Virus record (IMG/VR): IMGVR_UViG_3300006846_000001
Span: 37,314 to 101,313 of that record
DNA: 64,000 bases
Origin: a virus
Lineage: Duplodnaviria; Caudoviricetes
Reading direction: 5' to 3' (one strand)
Shown here piece by piece: positions 44,601 to 53,399 of the stretch. The position numbers and the translations under genes are program-made. The notes beneath the pieces are model-generated. The model was not told the DNA's origin and did no database searches. It saw only the letters and a list, made by a program, of their open reading frames with translations. Positions within the stretch are counted from its first letter, which is position 1. Each line of letters begins with the position of its first letter.

Positions 44601-45669
44601 CGGTGGCCGCTTCCTTCGTGGCGCCGAGCGCGACGAAGAGGTTGCCGAAGGTCGCGGTCGCTTCTAGGGCGGCGGCCTCGCTGAGGCCCACGCTCTCGGC
44701 GCTGACGTCCGCGAACTCTTGGACGGTGGTGATGCCCTCCCCGAAGACGACCGTCGCCTTGGAGGTGGACTCCTGGAGGTCTGAGGCGGCCTGAGCGGCT
44801 TGGAAGAGGCCAGTGGCTATGCCGGCGCCGCCCAGGGCTGTGAAGACGGCACGGAGGCGTACGCCTGACCCTGAGGCTGCGATGAGGCTGACGTCGAGGT
44901 CATCGAGGACGTCCCCAAGGCCGCTCACACCCCCGGCGGCGTCGCCGGCCGCAGCGCCTACGGAGGCGACTTGCCCATCAACCCGGTCGAGTTGGGCCCC
45001 GACTTGGGATAGGGCGGCGGTCGCGGCGGCGATGTCGACGCGCACGGCGGTGGAGACGTCGCCTGCGTCGATCTCGTTGAGGCGGGTCTGGATGCGGCCC
45101 AGCTCGGCGATGGCCTCGTCGTCGCTGATATCGACGCCCACGGTCTGGTTGTCCAGGCGCAGGAGGGCATCTCGGAGGCCGGCGATCTCTCGCTGCGCCT
45201 GGCTGGTGTCGGTGCCGACCTCAACGTCAGGTAGGGCCTTGACGGCCGCTGACACGGACCGGGAGAAGGCTTTGGCGAAGGCGCCGCCCACGGCGGTGCC
45301 CTTGCCCGGGGCCTGGCGCTGCTGCTCAGAGGTGCCCTCCTCGAAGCCGTCGTCGAGGCCCTCTTTGACGGACTGCTTGAGGGGACCGGAGTCACCATCA
45401 ACAGTGACCTCCGTGTCGGCCGCGTCCACAGCGGCGGTGACGTCGCTCGTGAGGTCAGTCGCGTCGCCGGTGACGACGACTTGGCTATCGGCCGCGTCTA
45501 CGGCGGCGGTGACCTCGGCGGCTAGGCCAGCAGTGTCCGCCTCGATGCGGATGGTCTGGCCGCTGGTGGCCTGGTCGAGGGTGGCCCGGAGGCGCTCGGC
45601 GGCCTGGAGGGCTGACCGAATATCGAGGGTGAGGTCAGCGTCAAGGCCGAGGTCGGACACGGCGCTCAT
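41674..45669 (-). CDS. Tape measure protein
   Basis: About 1330 aa, Ala/Gly-rich; LAADLASFNN, GEIEPLRSLGI, AQGDFARTSDGLANQQR, SPSRLF. Confidence 0.92.
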   Translation of the reverse strand: MSAVSDLGLDADLTLDIRSALQAAERLRATLDQATSGQTIRIEADTAGLAAEVTAAVDAADSQVVVTGDATDLTSDVTAAVDAADTEVTVDGDSGPLKQSVKEGLDDGFEEGTSEQQRQAPGKGTAVGGAFAKAFSRSVSAAVKALPDVEVGTDTSQAQREIAGLRDALLRLDNQTVGVDISDDEAIAELGRIQTRLNEIDAGDVSTAVRVDIAAATAALSQVGAQLDRVDGQVASVGAAAGDAAGGVSGLGDVLDDLDVSLIAASGSGVRLRAVFTALGGAGIATGLFQAAQAASDLQESTSKATVVFGEGITTVQEFADVSAESVGLSEAAALEATATFGNLFVALGATKEAATELAPGVVTLAADLASFNNLSVDETLEKLRSGLVGEIEPLRSLGISFGAAEVEAKAMELGLASANGEITEGAKLQARWALILEQSTTAQGDFARTSDGLANQQRILTAEFQNAVTTLGQALLPALLEGVGVAREELIPAFIELGTSVLPALADIFVALLPVAGSFTRLLVSTAPALEAVARAIASVPPELITLLGLLAAFKRVGGSDLFQNLKLGFSDLADPKKGPGGFGVSLKQSVGDMVAANAASIGLSLGLAAIGLAFEESAKEAAEFERSVVQIQTAFGDAFDEGATGVDAFAAAFEDLVEQGDSGVGLLAALGLSAEEFGQIVSKNGADTDAWAEALGTTREELGILGPILDQVNDKINQAAKRQVDAVTASSGLSDEFVDMAVKANTSKEEVLGVTVASTDYTTVLQILTDEQARLAEQIGVTVDETGNLVEATGPAALAADRLALSLAQVTDDSGNLNLELVGLATVAGDARVAEEDLQNVADTLGVSLDDLKGFVESVNDSINQFAEDTVSSLPTIGDIISGLGDEFSAENFVEELEKANEAIANFGENLDVLADFPRLQRIAATQGPEVAAAFADAIRSGNPEIAAAAEEQLAIYDLSLAGIDDKARNEIGPRTAEATGLIGQLATEAFGEHFNPQAEAAAATRGTIASIEDENANMASAGAGLGEAGKQGFKDGIGGMSIEGAGEAELTVKEIQAHQAGAVIAGALFGGGATLGFGTGVSPMPGVGARSADLTIGGISGRAPAAGVAGGVFGGGFTGGTRIGAAGMPTAAVGAANSAIAKVAAKQSAASGAGYSLGTALAQGMQSGINAAAQAAANAAANLVEAAIAAARSKAKTGSPSRLFAELGIDMGEGVAVGLDATAPTVAESAAGLVTSAAAAAAGTLDVAAQGLDVAAGLAPAALAAVTATSAAGGDTTVNVLPGAVVIQSTPGEDQATFERKARGAANAVLAEWTIARRSIDTNARMGG

Positions 45670-45765
45670 CGTAGGTGCGACGCTGGCCCGGCGGCCGGGA
45701 CGGTGACACCCCACGTCACCGTCCCGGGCCGCTGCTACCCCGCAACTGCCCGCGTGCCGGCCACT

Positions 45766-46110
45766 CTACTGGTCGGTCATCTCCTCCTCCCACCACCGGT
45801 CCGGGAGGGTCCCGGCGCGGCGACGGGCGGCGAGCTCGGCGACCTCGTTGCGCATCTGGGCGTCCACGTCAATGCCGGCGCCGATGAGGACGCCGACGGT
45901 GGACACGTCCATCTCGTCGACCTCAGTGGGGGCGAAGCCTCGGCGGAGCTTCGTGGGGCGGGCCATCTCCCGGTACACCCCGTTGAACATGTCGATGATG
46001 GTGCCGGTGCGCCACTCCGGCTCGTCGGGCTTCATCTCTTCGAGGAGGACGGCCCCGCCGGGGATCTGCTCGGCCTGGTTGATGGGATCGGGGCCGGGCT
46101 TGGCCTTCAC
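45766..46110 (-). CDS. Tail assembly chaperone, frameshifted C-terminal part
   Basis: Reached from the upstream ORF by a -1 shift at CCCTTTG. Confidence 0.65.
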   Translation of the reverse strand: MKAKPGPDPINQAEQIPGGAVLLEEMKPDEPEWRTGTIIDMFNGVYREMARPTKLRRGFAPTEVDEMDVSTVGVLIGAGIDVDAQMRNEVAELAARRRAGTLPDRWWEEEMTDQ

Positions 46111-46691
46111 CCACGGCCCAAAGGGACCGACCTCCAGTGCTCCAGGAGCTTCGTGGGCAGGCTCCCGTCAGCGACCCAGGCGGGCCACTCTCGGGGCACG
46201 ATGCCCTTGGAGCGTTCCGTCTCTCCGGAGCGTTGCACGTTGGCGATCTCGAAGGCCCTCGTCCACCACTCCATGCGCAGCTCGTCGGCCTTGTCCCGGA
46301 TGCTGCGCACGATGCTCCGGAGTTGGATGGCGATGTCGGCCTGGGCCTGCCACTTCTCCTCGCACTCCTCCATGGGATCGATCGTCTCCGTGAGGCGCTT
46401 CTTGAGGGCGTTCTCCTGGCGGAGGCACGTCTCGCGGTGGCGGGTCACGAGGTCCTGCTGCTCCTCGAGGAGCGTGAACAGGACCTTGAGCTGCCCGAAC
46501 TTGAGGTTGCGGAGGCGGTGCTCCTCGCCGCCGGCCTTGATGCGCACCCACCCGTTCTTGACGAACTGGATGTTGTCATCACCCTCATCGTCGCGGGCGT
46601 CGACGCGCACGTCGGCGCCCGCCCCTTGCGTCTTGAGGAACTCGACGAAGGCGGCGGTGAGCATGCTCTCAGCGTTGGCGGCGTCTGACAC
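46107..46691 (-). CDS. Tail assembly chaperone
   Basis: Two genes upstream of the tape measure; slippery heptamer near its 3' end; palindrome variant GTAACGCAGGTTAG at 46721-46734. Confidence 0.7.
   Translation of the reverse strand: MSDAANAESMLTAAFVEFLKTQGAGADVRVDARDDEGDDNIQFVKNGWVRIKAGGEEHRLRNLKFGQLKVLFTLLEEQQDLVTRHRETCLRQENALKKRLTETIDPMEECEEKWQAQADIAIQLRSIVRSIRDKADELRMEWWTRAFEIANVQRSGETERSKGIVPREWPAWVADGSLPTKLLEHWRSVPLGRG
46119..46125 (-). other. -1 ribosomal frameshift slippery site C CCT TTG
   Basis: X XXY YYZ in the correct frame; the -1 frame reads PFGPWVKAKPG into 45766-46110. Confidence 0.75.
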
Positions 46692-46730
46692 GGGGGGCCT
46701 CCAGGGGGGTGCGGCGGTCAGTAACGCAGG

Positions 46731-47192
46731 TTAGACGCCGGGGCCCACGAGGACGGGAACGGACACGTACGCCACGCCGGTCGAGGGTCCCTGGAAGGTG
46801 CCAGGCTCCACGGTGATGCGCCCGCACCCCTGCGCCAGGGACAAGTCCAGGAGGGCACCTTGCAGGGACTCGCACCGGTCCACGTAGATCTTCGTCCACT
46901 CCGTCACCGCGTCAGCGTCGGGGAGGCTGCGCTTCTCGACGTCGACGGTGGGGTAGCAGTCCCGGGCGTAGATGACCCTCCACCGGATGGACGGGAAGTA
47001 CATGCACTGCCCGCCGGGCAGGCCCGACGCCTCGCCGCCCTGGCGCTGCGGGTCAGCCGTCTCGGGGTACACGGCGATCATCTCGCAGGTGATCGCGAGG
47101 CTGGGGCCGGCGGCCAGGATTGCCCGGCCCACATCGGGTAGGGCCGCCTTCGCCGTATCGAGGAGGAGCTGGCCGTCAGCGGAAGTCGTCAC
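46731..47192 (-). CDS. Tail terminator/completion-like protein (putative)
   Basis: Position, size and leaderless -10 TACCCT. Confidence 0.45.
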   Translation of the reverse strand: MTTSADGQLLLDTAKAALPDVGRAILAAGPSLAITCEMIAVYPETADPQRQGGEASGLPGGQCMYFPSIRWRVIYARDCYPTVDVEKRSLPDADAVTEWTKIYVDRCESLQGALLDLSLAQGCGRITVEPGTFQGPSTGVAYVSVPVLVGPGV

Positions 47193-47275
47193 ACCGCTGA
47201 GGGTAGACGCGTGACGGCCCAGCCTCCCGGGGTCGGGAGGCTGGGCCGCTGAGCACACTCCTGCTGTGCCGGACG

Positions 47276-47446
47276 CTAGCCGGCCTCGACCTCCTCGACC
47301 TTGAAGACGGACGACTCGTCTCCGGCGTCGAACTCCAGGGTGCCGATCTCGTCATGGAGGGTGGCTTCGACGTCCTCGTCGTCCACGGCGGGCCCGTCGA
47401 CGCGCCTGACCTTGACCTTCACGGTGAAGGTCTGCTCTGTGGCCAT
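47276..47446 (-). CDS. Small hypothetical protein
   Basis: AGGAG SD; MATEQTFTVKVKV. Confidence 0.55.
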   Translation of the reverse strand: MATEQTFTVKVKVRRVDGPAVDDEDVEATLHDEIGTLEFDAGDESSVFKVEEVEAG

Positions 47447-47541
47447 GGTGGCATCTCCTACTTTGTTGGTTGGTGCGGGGGGTGCGGTCGGGCCGAGGCC
47501 GGGAGGCGGGCACGGAGGGGCGCCTCCCGGGCCTGTGGCCG

Positions 47542-48537
47542 CTAGACGCGGGTGGCGCAGTCCGGGCCGATGCCGGCGGCGCGGGAGGCCTCGTCGGTGA
47601 GGGTGCGGTTGCACTTCCAGCACCGGCCGATCTCCTGGCCGTACAGCTCGCCCGCAGCCTCAGGGCCGGCGGCCTCGATGCGGGCCAGGATGCCGGCGAT
47701 GGCGTCGCGGCGCACGTTGCGGTCAGGCTTGCCGCCCACGATCATCTTGACGAAGACCCGGCCGGCGAAGGCGCCCTCGGTGGGCCGGTCGACGCGGTAG
47801 AAGACCAGGTCGTTCTCGCCGGTGGAGGGCAGGGCGTAGTGCCCCTCCGGGACGGTGGCGGCCACGGTGTTGATGGCCGGAGCGGTGGGGCAGGTGCCGT
47901 TGTGCTCGACGGTCCATCGTCCGGTGGCGTCCTTGCACAGGAGGCCGGCCTGCTCGGCGATGTGCTGGCCACAGTGGCGGCAGTTGCCTGCGTAGCGGTT
48001 GGGGCGGCACCCGGCGGGGAGCGGCGCCGGGGCAGGGGCGGGGCCGGCCAGGTAAGCCTTCAGGGCGAAGAGGTCGTCAATGAGCGCTGAGGCGGTGCCG
48101 TCGCGGCCGCCGGTCAGGTCGGCGCACACGTCCATGACGTCGGCGGCGGTGATGAGCGGATCGATCTCGTGGAGGAGCCGCTCGATGAGGCCGCCCTGCG
48201 CGTCGCTGAGGGGGGCACGGTGGCGCCCCCGGCCCGTGCCGGAGCCGGGCTCGCCATCACCCCACGGGCGGTAGTCGACGTCGTCGGAGGGGCGGATCTG
48301 GGAGGCGTCACCGGGGATGAAGCCCCGGACGCTGGCCAGCCGCTCGCAGTCGTGGAAGAACTCGTCGGCCACGGAGGGGAAGGTCTCGCCGCAGGTCCCG
48401 CAGGTGGTGGGGCGGTTCATCTCCTCGTCGATGACCTGGCGCCAGTCGGGGCGGCGGGTGAGGCCACGGATGGGGTCGATGTAGGCGATCGTCCCGGGGA
48501 TCTCGATGGCGCCGTCTGGGAGGGGCTGCGTGCTCAT
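47542..48537 (-). CDS. DUF6011-like Zn-finger protein, leaderless cassette gene
   Basis: C-term GRCWKCNRTLTDEASRAAGIGPDC; NRYAGNCRHCG; ATGAGCAC start. Confidence 0.7.
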   Translation of the reverse strand: MSTQPLPDGAIEIPGTIAYIDPIRGLTRRPDWRQVIDEEMNRPTTCGTCGETFPSVADEFFHDCERLASVRGFIPGDASQIRPSDDVDYRPWGDGEPGSGTGRGRHRAPLSDAQGGLIERLLHEIDPLITAADVMDVCADLTGGRDGTASALIDDLFALKAYLAGPAPAPAPLPAGCRPNRYAGNCRHCGQHIAEQAGLLCKDATGRWTVEHNGTCPTAPAINTVAATVPEGHYALPSTGENDLVFYRVDRPTEGAFAGRVFVKMIVGGKPDRNVRRDAIAGILARIEAAGPEAAGELYGQEIGRCWKCNRTLTDEASRAAGIGPDCATRV

Positions 48538-48547
48538 ACCCACGACA

Positions 48548-48574
48548 CTAACCCGGGTTAGCGGCGTCGGTCAA
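48548..48574 (-). promoter_or_regulatory. Palindrome CTAACCCGGGTTAG with -35 TTGACC
   Basis: Exact copy; GACACTAACCCGGGTTAGCGGCGTCGGTCAAG is identical to the copy around 22617. Confidence 0.9.
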
Positions 48575-48629
48575 GGGGCGGGCGCGGTGAGGCCGCCGAA
48601 CCCCGCAGGTCCGGCGGCCTCTGTGGTGG

Positions 48630-49079
48630 TCAGACGGAGCGCAGAGCGTCCGAGGGGCGGTGCACCTCCAGGGGCAGGATCTGCTCTGGGAGCACGTGCA
48701 CCGGGTCGAAGCCCATGGACGCCACGGCGTACGCCTGCTCGCCGGGGCCGGTCCCGTCCGGGAGGGGGCCACCGGCCTTGCCGCCGATGACGACGACGTC
48801 GCCGACGGACAGGGAGCGCAGGCGGACGGTCCGGTACGACTCGGCGGTGAAGCGGGCGCAGCCGACAAGGATGCACTCGTCGTCGGTGCAGCGGGCGTCG
48901 TGGGGGATCGCGTCAGTGTCCTGGTTGAACAGGTAGAAGGCGTTCTCGAGGACCTCGTGGACGTTGAGGGCTGTCACGTCCCGCTCGTACTGGTAGACGC
49001 CCTGGATCTTCGTGGAGTCGGTGAAGCGCTCGAAGGCGCCCTGGCCGAGCTCAGCGTGGTAGACGGTGATCGTGCTCAT
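48630..49079 (-). CDS. YodL-like domain protein, leaderless cassette gene
   Basis: LENAFYLFN...RSLSVGDVVV. Confidence 0.55.
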   Translation of the reverse strand: MSTITVYHAELGQGAFERFTDSTKIQGVYQYERDVTALNVHEVLENAFYLFNQDTDAIPHDARCTDDECILVGCARFTAESYRTVRLRSLSVGDVVVIGGKAGGPLPDGTGPGEQAYAVASMGFDPVHVLPEQILPLEVHRPSDALRSV

Positions 49080-49089
49080 GCCGACGACA

Positions 49090-49116
49090 CTAACCCGGGT
49101 TAGGGGCCTCGGTCAA
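49090..49116 (-). promoter_or_regulatory. Palindrome CTAACCCGGGTTAG with -35 TTGACC
   Basis: Exact copy; -10 TAGTGT. Confidence 0.9.
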
Positions 49117-49118
49117 GG

Positions 49119-49547
49119 TCACTGGGGGAAGACGCGGCGGGCGGCGATGGGCAGGGCCTGGCGGTAGCTCTGGGTGATGACGTCGCGCCACCAGGGCATG
49201 GGCAGGTTGCCGGGGTGGTTTACCTTCTTGAGGGCCACGACTTGCCCGGCCTTGGGCCAGTAGAAGACGAGGAGGCCGCCCGGGTTGCGGGGCCGGATGA
49301 CGTGGGGTCGGGCGCCCTTGTCCGTGGTGGTGGCTTGGATGACGGGGGCTCGGACCTTGCCCCTGCTCACGGGGCCAGCGAGGATGATGCCGGGGTCGCG
49401 GCGGATGCTCCCTCGGAGTTGGCCCTTGTCGTGGGGCACGAAGGGGTGACGGCGCGCCTGGTCGACGGTCTCGTCGATGGCGGCCGACAGGATGCGGGGG
49501 CCGACTGAGCGGAGGCCGTTGATGAGGCGGTCGGCTCTGACGGTCAC
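49119..49547 (-). CDS. HK97 gp10-like tail completion protein
   Basis: VPHDKGQLRGSI, GARPHVIRP...L.F, VNHPG..P.PW. Confidence 0.75.
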   Translation of the reverse strand: MTVRADRLINGLRSVGPRILSAAIDETVDQARRHPFVPHDKGQLRGSIRRDPGIILAGPVSRGKVRAPVIQATTTDKGARPHVIRPRNPGGLLVFYWPKAGQVVALKKVNHPGNLPMPWWRDVITQSYRQALPIAARRVFPQ

Positions 49548-49811
49548 GCTGCCCTCCGGCGCCGGCGTCGGGTGTGGCCGGGGAGGCGCAGAGCGACGAC
49601 GCCCTTGCTCGTGCAGGAGCCGCAGCACCCGGCCGGGGCGCGGGTGCCCACGGGACGGCCGCAGCACGGGCAGCAGAAGTGGGGGCGGACGCGCACGATG
49701 GGCGGCCGGCCGTCATCGTCGGGCCAGCAGAAGAGGCACGTCTCGCGTCGGTGGAAGCACAGGCGCTTGTCCACGTGCCCACGGTACCGAGGGTGCCGGC
49801 GCTAGCCGGGG

Positions 49812-50099
49812 TTAGATCTCGATGACGGGCCGAGAGTCGGCCGGCGGCGGGACCGGTGCCGGGAGTACCGGCGGCCGGAGGTGGTCGCGCAGCACGGCGG
49901 CCCGCTCATGGGGCACGGACTCGCGGCCGAGGGCCCGGTCCGCTCGGCGGATGCTCCCCACGTGGGACCGGAAGGACTTGGCCATCCCGACCCAGCCGCA
50001 CGAGCATCGGACGTGGGGCTGGCGGATGTGGCGCTCCCGGTAGCTCCCCCGTCCCAGGCTGGCGGTGCACCCCTCCACGGGGCAGCCGTTGCCCGTCAC
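49812..50099 (-). CDS. Small zinc-finger-like protein (paralog of 6725-7051)
   Basis: CPVEGC...RHIRQPHVRCSCGWVG...H. Confidence 0.55.
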   Translation of the reverse strand: MTGNGCPVEGCTASLGRGSYRERHIRQPHVRCSCGWVGMAKSFRSHVGSIRRADRALGRESVPHERAAVLRDHLRPPVLPAPVPPPADSRPVIEI

Positions 50100-50821
50100 T
50101 GGGGCGGGGGCCGGTGCTCGGCCAGGCGGGCGTAGAACAGGTCCCTGTCGACGTGGAGGCCGTCAGTGGCGAGTTGGTAGGTGGCGTCGACGGGGGCCGT
50201 CCCGAAGACGTGGTGGAGGTGCTGGATGATGGCCTTGGGGGCCTTGGCCCACATGTTGGGGCCCTCGTCGGGGGCGCCCGTGCGCCCGTCGGGGTGCCGG
50301 TTCTTCGCTGCGGCCATGATCTCAGCGTCGACGTAGTAGTGCCGATAGCCCTCGTGGCACACGACGCCCGGGCCGTCGAAGCTGGCGCCGTAGGCGTCCA
50401 CGTAGGCCCGGGAGATGAGGGGGTGGGAGGGGCCGGCGGCGTCCTTGTGGAAGCCCAGGTCGTTCGTGTTCACGACGCTGGCGCCCGTCTCCTGGGCGAC
50501 GGTCAGGACCTCATCGAGCCACCCCGCGTGGAAGCGCACGTCATCGCCGAGGAGGAGCATCCACGGGGCTGGCGTCCCGAGGTCGGGGATCTGGCGGTAC
50601 GCCAGGTTCACCTTCCTCGAGAAGGTCCCCGGCTCGTCGCAGACCATCACGTCAGCACCTACTTGCTGCCAGGCGCGTGCGGTGGCCACGTCCCGCTCCG
50701 ACGCGATCGCGACGAGGGCGACCCTGTCCATGTCCACGCTCTCGCGGAGGCTGTGCACGAAGGGCCGGGCGCTGTCGGGGCGCCACAGCACGGGCACGAT
50801 GAGGTCTACGACGGGCTCCAT
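50096..50821 (-). CDS. Glycosyltransferase, GT-A/GT2-like
   Basis: LIVPVLWRP, LLGDDV.F..GW, HYYVDAE, IQHLH. Confidence 0.8.
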   Translation of the reverse strand: MEPVVDLIVPVLWRPDSARPFVHSLRESVDMDRVALVAIASERDVATARAWQQVGADVMVCDEPGTFSRKVNLAYRQIPDLGTPAPWMLLLGDDVRFHAGWLDEVLTVAQETGASVVNTNDLGFHKDAAGPSHPLISRAYVDAYGASFDGPGVVCHEGYRHYYVDAEIMAAAKNRHPDGRTGAPDEGPNMWAKAPKAIIQHLHHVFGTAPVDATYQLATDGLHVDRDLFYARLAEHRPPPQ

Positions 50822-51429
50822 GACCTGCCCTCGTTCCAGTCGCCGAAGCGGTAGAAGACGGTGCGCTGGCCGGTGGCGTAGAAGCGGGCGCCAGAGGTGA
50901 CGAGGCGCCGCCAGTTCGTCCAGTCAATCCACGTGCCGGACCCGGGTAGCGAGCCGGGCGGCGCCGGCTCAGCGTCCACCCACCGACCGAAGGCTGAGGC
51001 GCGGGCCACGACCATGGAGGGGACGAACCAATTGTCCCGCATGATGTCCGCGAAGTTGGTGCGGGGATCCCCGGCGACCTCACCGGCGCAGCGGCGCACG
51101 AGGGGCGGGCGGCCGCCGGTGGTGGTGCAGTCCGCGACGATCACGTCGTGGCCAGCGTCGAGGTGCTCCTCGGCGATGGCCAGGTGGCGGGGCGTCCACG
51201 TGTCATCGTCGTGGAGGAAGGCGTAGGCGAGCTCGGTGGCGTCCTGCCCGGAGGATCGGTCGGCCGCCTCCAGGAGGCGGTTCATGTTCATCACCTCACC
51301 GACGCCGGCGTAGTCGACGCCGATGAGGAGGTGGTCGGGCTGGCGGGTCTGGCGGTACACGCTGTCGATGGCCTCGGCCAGCAGGTCCCCGCGTGAGGGG
51401 AGGCTGACGCAGATGGCGGCGATCTCCAC
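50806..51429 (-). CDS. Glycosyltransferase family 2-like
   Basis: LLAEAIDSVYRQT, AFLHDDDTW, DW..WRRL, YR. Confidence 0.85.
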   Translation of the reverse strand: MEIAAICVSLPSRGDLLAEAIDSVYRQTRQPDHLLIGVDYAGVGEVMNMNRLLEAADRSSGQDATELAYAFLHDDDTWTPRHLAIAEEHLDAGHDVIVADCTTTGGRPPLVRRCAGEVAGDPRTNFADIMRDNWFVPSMVVARASAFGRWVDAEPAPPGSLPGSGTWIDWTNWRRLVTSGARFYATGQRTVFYRFGDWNEGRSWSPS

Positions 51430-51431
51430 GG

Positions 51432-51953
51432 TCAGCGCCTGGCGGTGGCGTAAACGTCGCCGTGCTGGGCGCCGGGCCGCAACGCGGCCGGGACGCCGCG
51501 GGCCTCGCGCACGACGGCCGATGAGTAGGACCGGGACAGGATGCCGGACAGCTCTGTGGAGTCGATGTTCTCGTAGAACTCGCCGGGCCGGAGGGCCCCG
51601 CCATCCTCGGCCGAGTGGGGCAGACGCCCGGGGCCCGCAGCGGTGAAGATGAGGTACCCGTCCGGGCGGAGGAGGGTGGAGGCGTGGGTGAGGTGGTCGC
51701 GCCAGTCGGGGGTGTGCTCGGCGACCTCCAGGTGAAGGATCATGTCGAAGGGCTCGGCCTCGCCGTGGTAGTGCAGGAAGTCGCACTGCACGTCGACGCC
51801 GGGGCCTGGGCGAATGTCCAGGGTGGTGTAGCTGGCGGGGGTGAAGAGGTCCCGGACGGTGCCGTTGATGTTGCGGCCGCCCACATCCAGGATGCGGGCC
51901 TGGTGGCCGGCGGCGGCGAAGCGTTCTACCCACTGGCGGGCGTCGAGGTGCAC
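51432..51953 (-). CDS. Class I SAM-dependent methyltransferase
   Basis: ILDVGGRNING, LDIRPGPGVD, FD..LEVAEH, LLRPDG. Confidence 0.85.
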   Translation of the reverse strand: MHLDARQWVERFAAAGHQARILDVGGRNINGTVRDLFTPASYTTLDIRPGPGVDVQCDFLHYHGEAEPFDMILHLEVAEHTPDWRDHLTHASTLLRPDGYLIFTAAGPGRLPHSAEDGGALRPGEFYENIDSTELSGILSRSYSSAVVREARGVPAALRPGAQHGDVYATARR

Positions 51954-51962
51954 GGGTCGTCC

Positions 51963-52715
51963 TTACGCGTCGGGGTCGTGGATGAGGGGCTGGGTGACGT
52001 ACTGGTCCCACCAGGCGTCCAGGGTGCCGGCGGCGGCCATGCCGGCGAGGTCGCGCCAGTAGGACCCTGATGATGCGCGGGCTGCTCCGGCGGCGTTGTA
52101 CGCCTCCATGCCGTTGCGGATCTTGCGGCGCAGGTGGTCGAGGCTCCTGAACTGGTAGTGGCGGCAGCCGAGGGCGTGGTGGTGGACGCGGTGGCCGGCG
52201 CCGTCTACGCCGTGGTTGCCCATGTGAAGTCGGGCGTAGGGGTTGGCCCGGAAGACGACTTTCGGGAGGGGCTCGGGGCCGGGGGTGCGCCACAACATCC
52301 GGGTGATGGGGTTGGGGTCGTCAGCATCGTCGCCGGGTTGGGGGACCATCACGTACGGGCGGGCCGTCAAGATGTCGTAGGGCGGGTCCTCGCGGAGCTG
52401 GTCGAGGTGGTACCACGCTTCGTCCGCGTCCCAGGGCACGACCCAGGTGGCGCCCATCTGCCACGCCTGGTGGGCCAGGCCCGTCATCTTGTCATCCTGG
52501 TAGTAGGCGGGCTCGGGGTCCTCGATGACGGTGACGCGGGAAGTGGTGGTGGGCGGCGGCATGTTCCGCTCGGCGTACGCGATGGCGGCCTCGACGCACC
52601 CGTCCACGGACCGGTTGTCAGCGATGATCACGTGGTCGACTTGGGCGAGCATGTGCTCAAGCGTCCACGGGAGGATGTCCGCCTCATCCCGGACCATCGT
52701 TATAGCTATAAGCAA
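51963..52715 (-). CDS. Glycosyltransferase family 2-like (MVRDEAD type)
   Basis: MVRDEADI, DNRSVDG, WVVPWDADE, GNH, HYQFRS. Confidence 0.85.
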   Translation of the reverse strand: MLIAITMVRDEADILPWTLEHMLAQVDHVIIADNRSVDGCVEAAIAYAERNMPPPTTTSRVTVIEDPEPAYYQDDKMTGLAHQAWQMGATWVVPWDADEAWYHLDQLREDPPYDILTARPYVMVPQPGDDADDPNPITRMLWRTPGPEPLPKVVFRANPYARLHMGNHGVDGAGHRVHHHALGCRHYQFRSLDHLRRKIRNGMEAYNAAGAARASSGSYWRDLAGMAAAGTLDAWWDQYVTQPLIHDPDA

Positions 52716-52790
52716 GAGTCGGCTCCTTCCAAGGACTTGGCGAGTGGGACCTGCGCCCCGGTCATGAGCTGATGGCGATGAGCTTCACGG

Positions 52791-53399
52791 CTAGCGGCGC
52801 AGGAAGAGGGCGTCATCGACGCGCTGGAGGGGAGCGAAGCCCCCGTTGATGGCCTGGTCGACGGTGGCCTGGATGCCGGGGATGGGCACGTCGTGGAACG
52901 CGAGGATGCCGGCGGGAGCGATGCGGGGCGCCCAGATGAGGAAGTCGTCCATGACGGTCTGGTCGTCGTGGCCACCGTCGATGAACAGGAAGCTGATGGG
53001 CGTCTGCCAGCGGCGGCCCACGATGCCGGACTTGCCCACGACGGGCACGACGTGGTCCTCGAGGCCGGCCACGTGCATCGTCCGTTGGAAGAAGGGCAGG
53101 CTGTTGAAGCGCCCGTCGGGGCCGACCATCTCGGGGTGGTGGCACTCGCGGCCCGGGGCCATCTCCGGTGACCCGCGGTGCCAGTCCACCGAGTAGAGGA
53201 TGGTGCTGTGCTGGCGGGCGGCCTCGCCGATCCAGCAGGCGCTCTTGCCGGCGTAGCCGCCGATCTCCACGAGGGGCAGGCCGGGGTGGGCCTGGGCGGC
53301 CATCGCGGCGTGACGGGCCAGCTCGGGGCCCTCAGAGGGGTGGAGCCACCCCAGCGCGTCCTCGGCGGCCTTGCGCCATGTCTCGGTAGGACCAGTCAT
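52791..53399 (-). CDS. Class I SAM-dependent methyltransferase (Methyltransf_24-like)
   Basis: VEIGGYAGKS, FLFIDGGH, GILAFHD; palindrome variant CTTACCGGGGTTAC at 53410-53423. Confidence 0.85.
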   Translation of the reverse strand: MTGPTETWRKAAEDALGWLHPSEGPELARHAAMAAQAHPGLPLVEIGGYAGKSACWIGEAARQHSTILYSVDWHRGSPEMAPGRECHHPEMVGPDGRFNSLPFFQRTMHVAGLEDHVVPVVGKSGIVGRRWQTPISFLFIDGGHDDQTVMDDFLIWAPRIAPAGILAFHDVPIPGIQATVDQAINGGFAPLQRVDDALFLRR

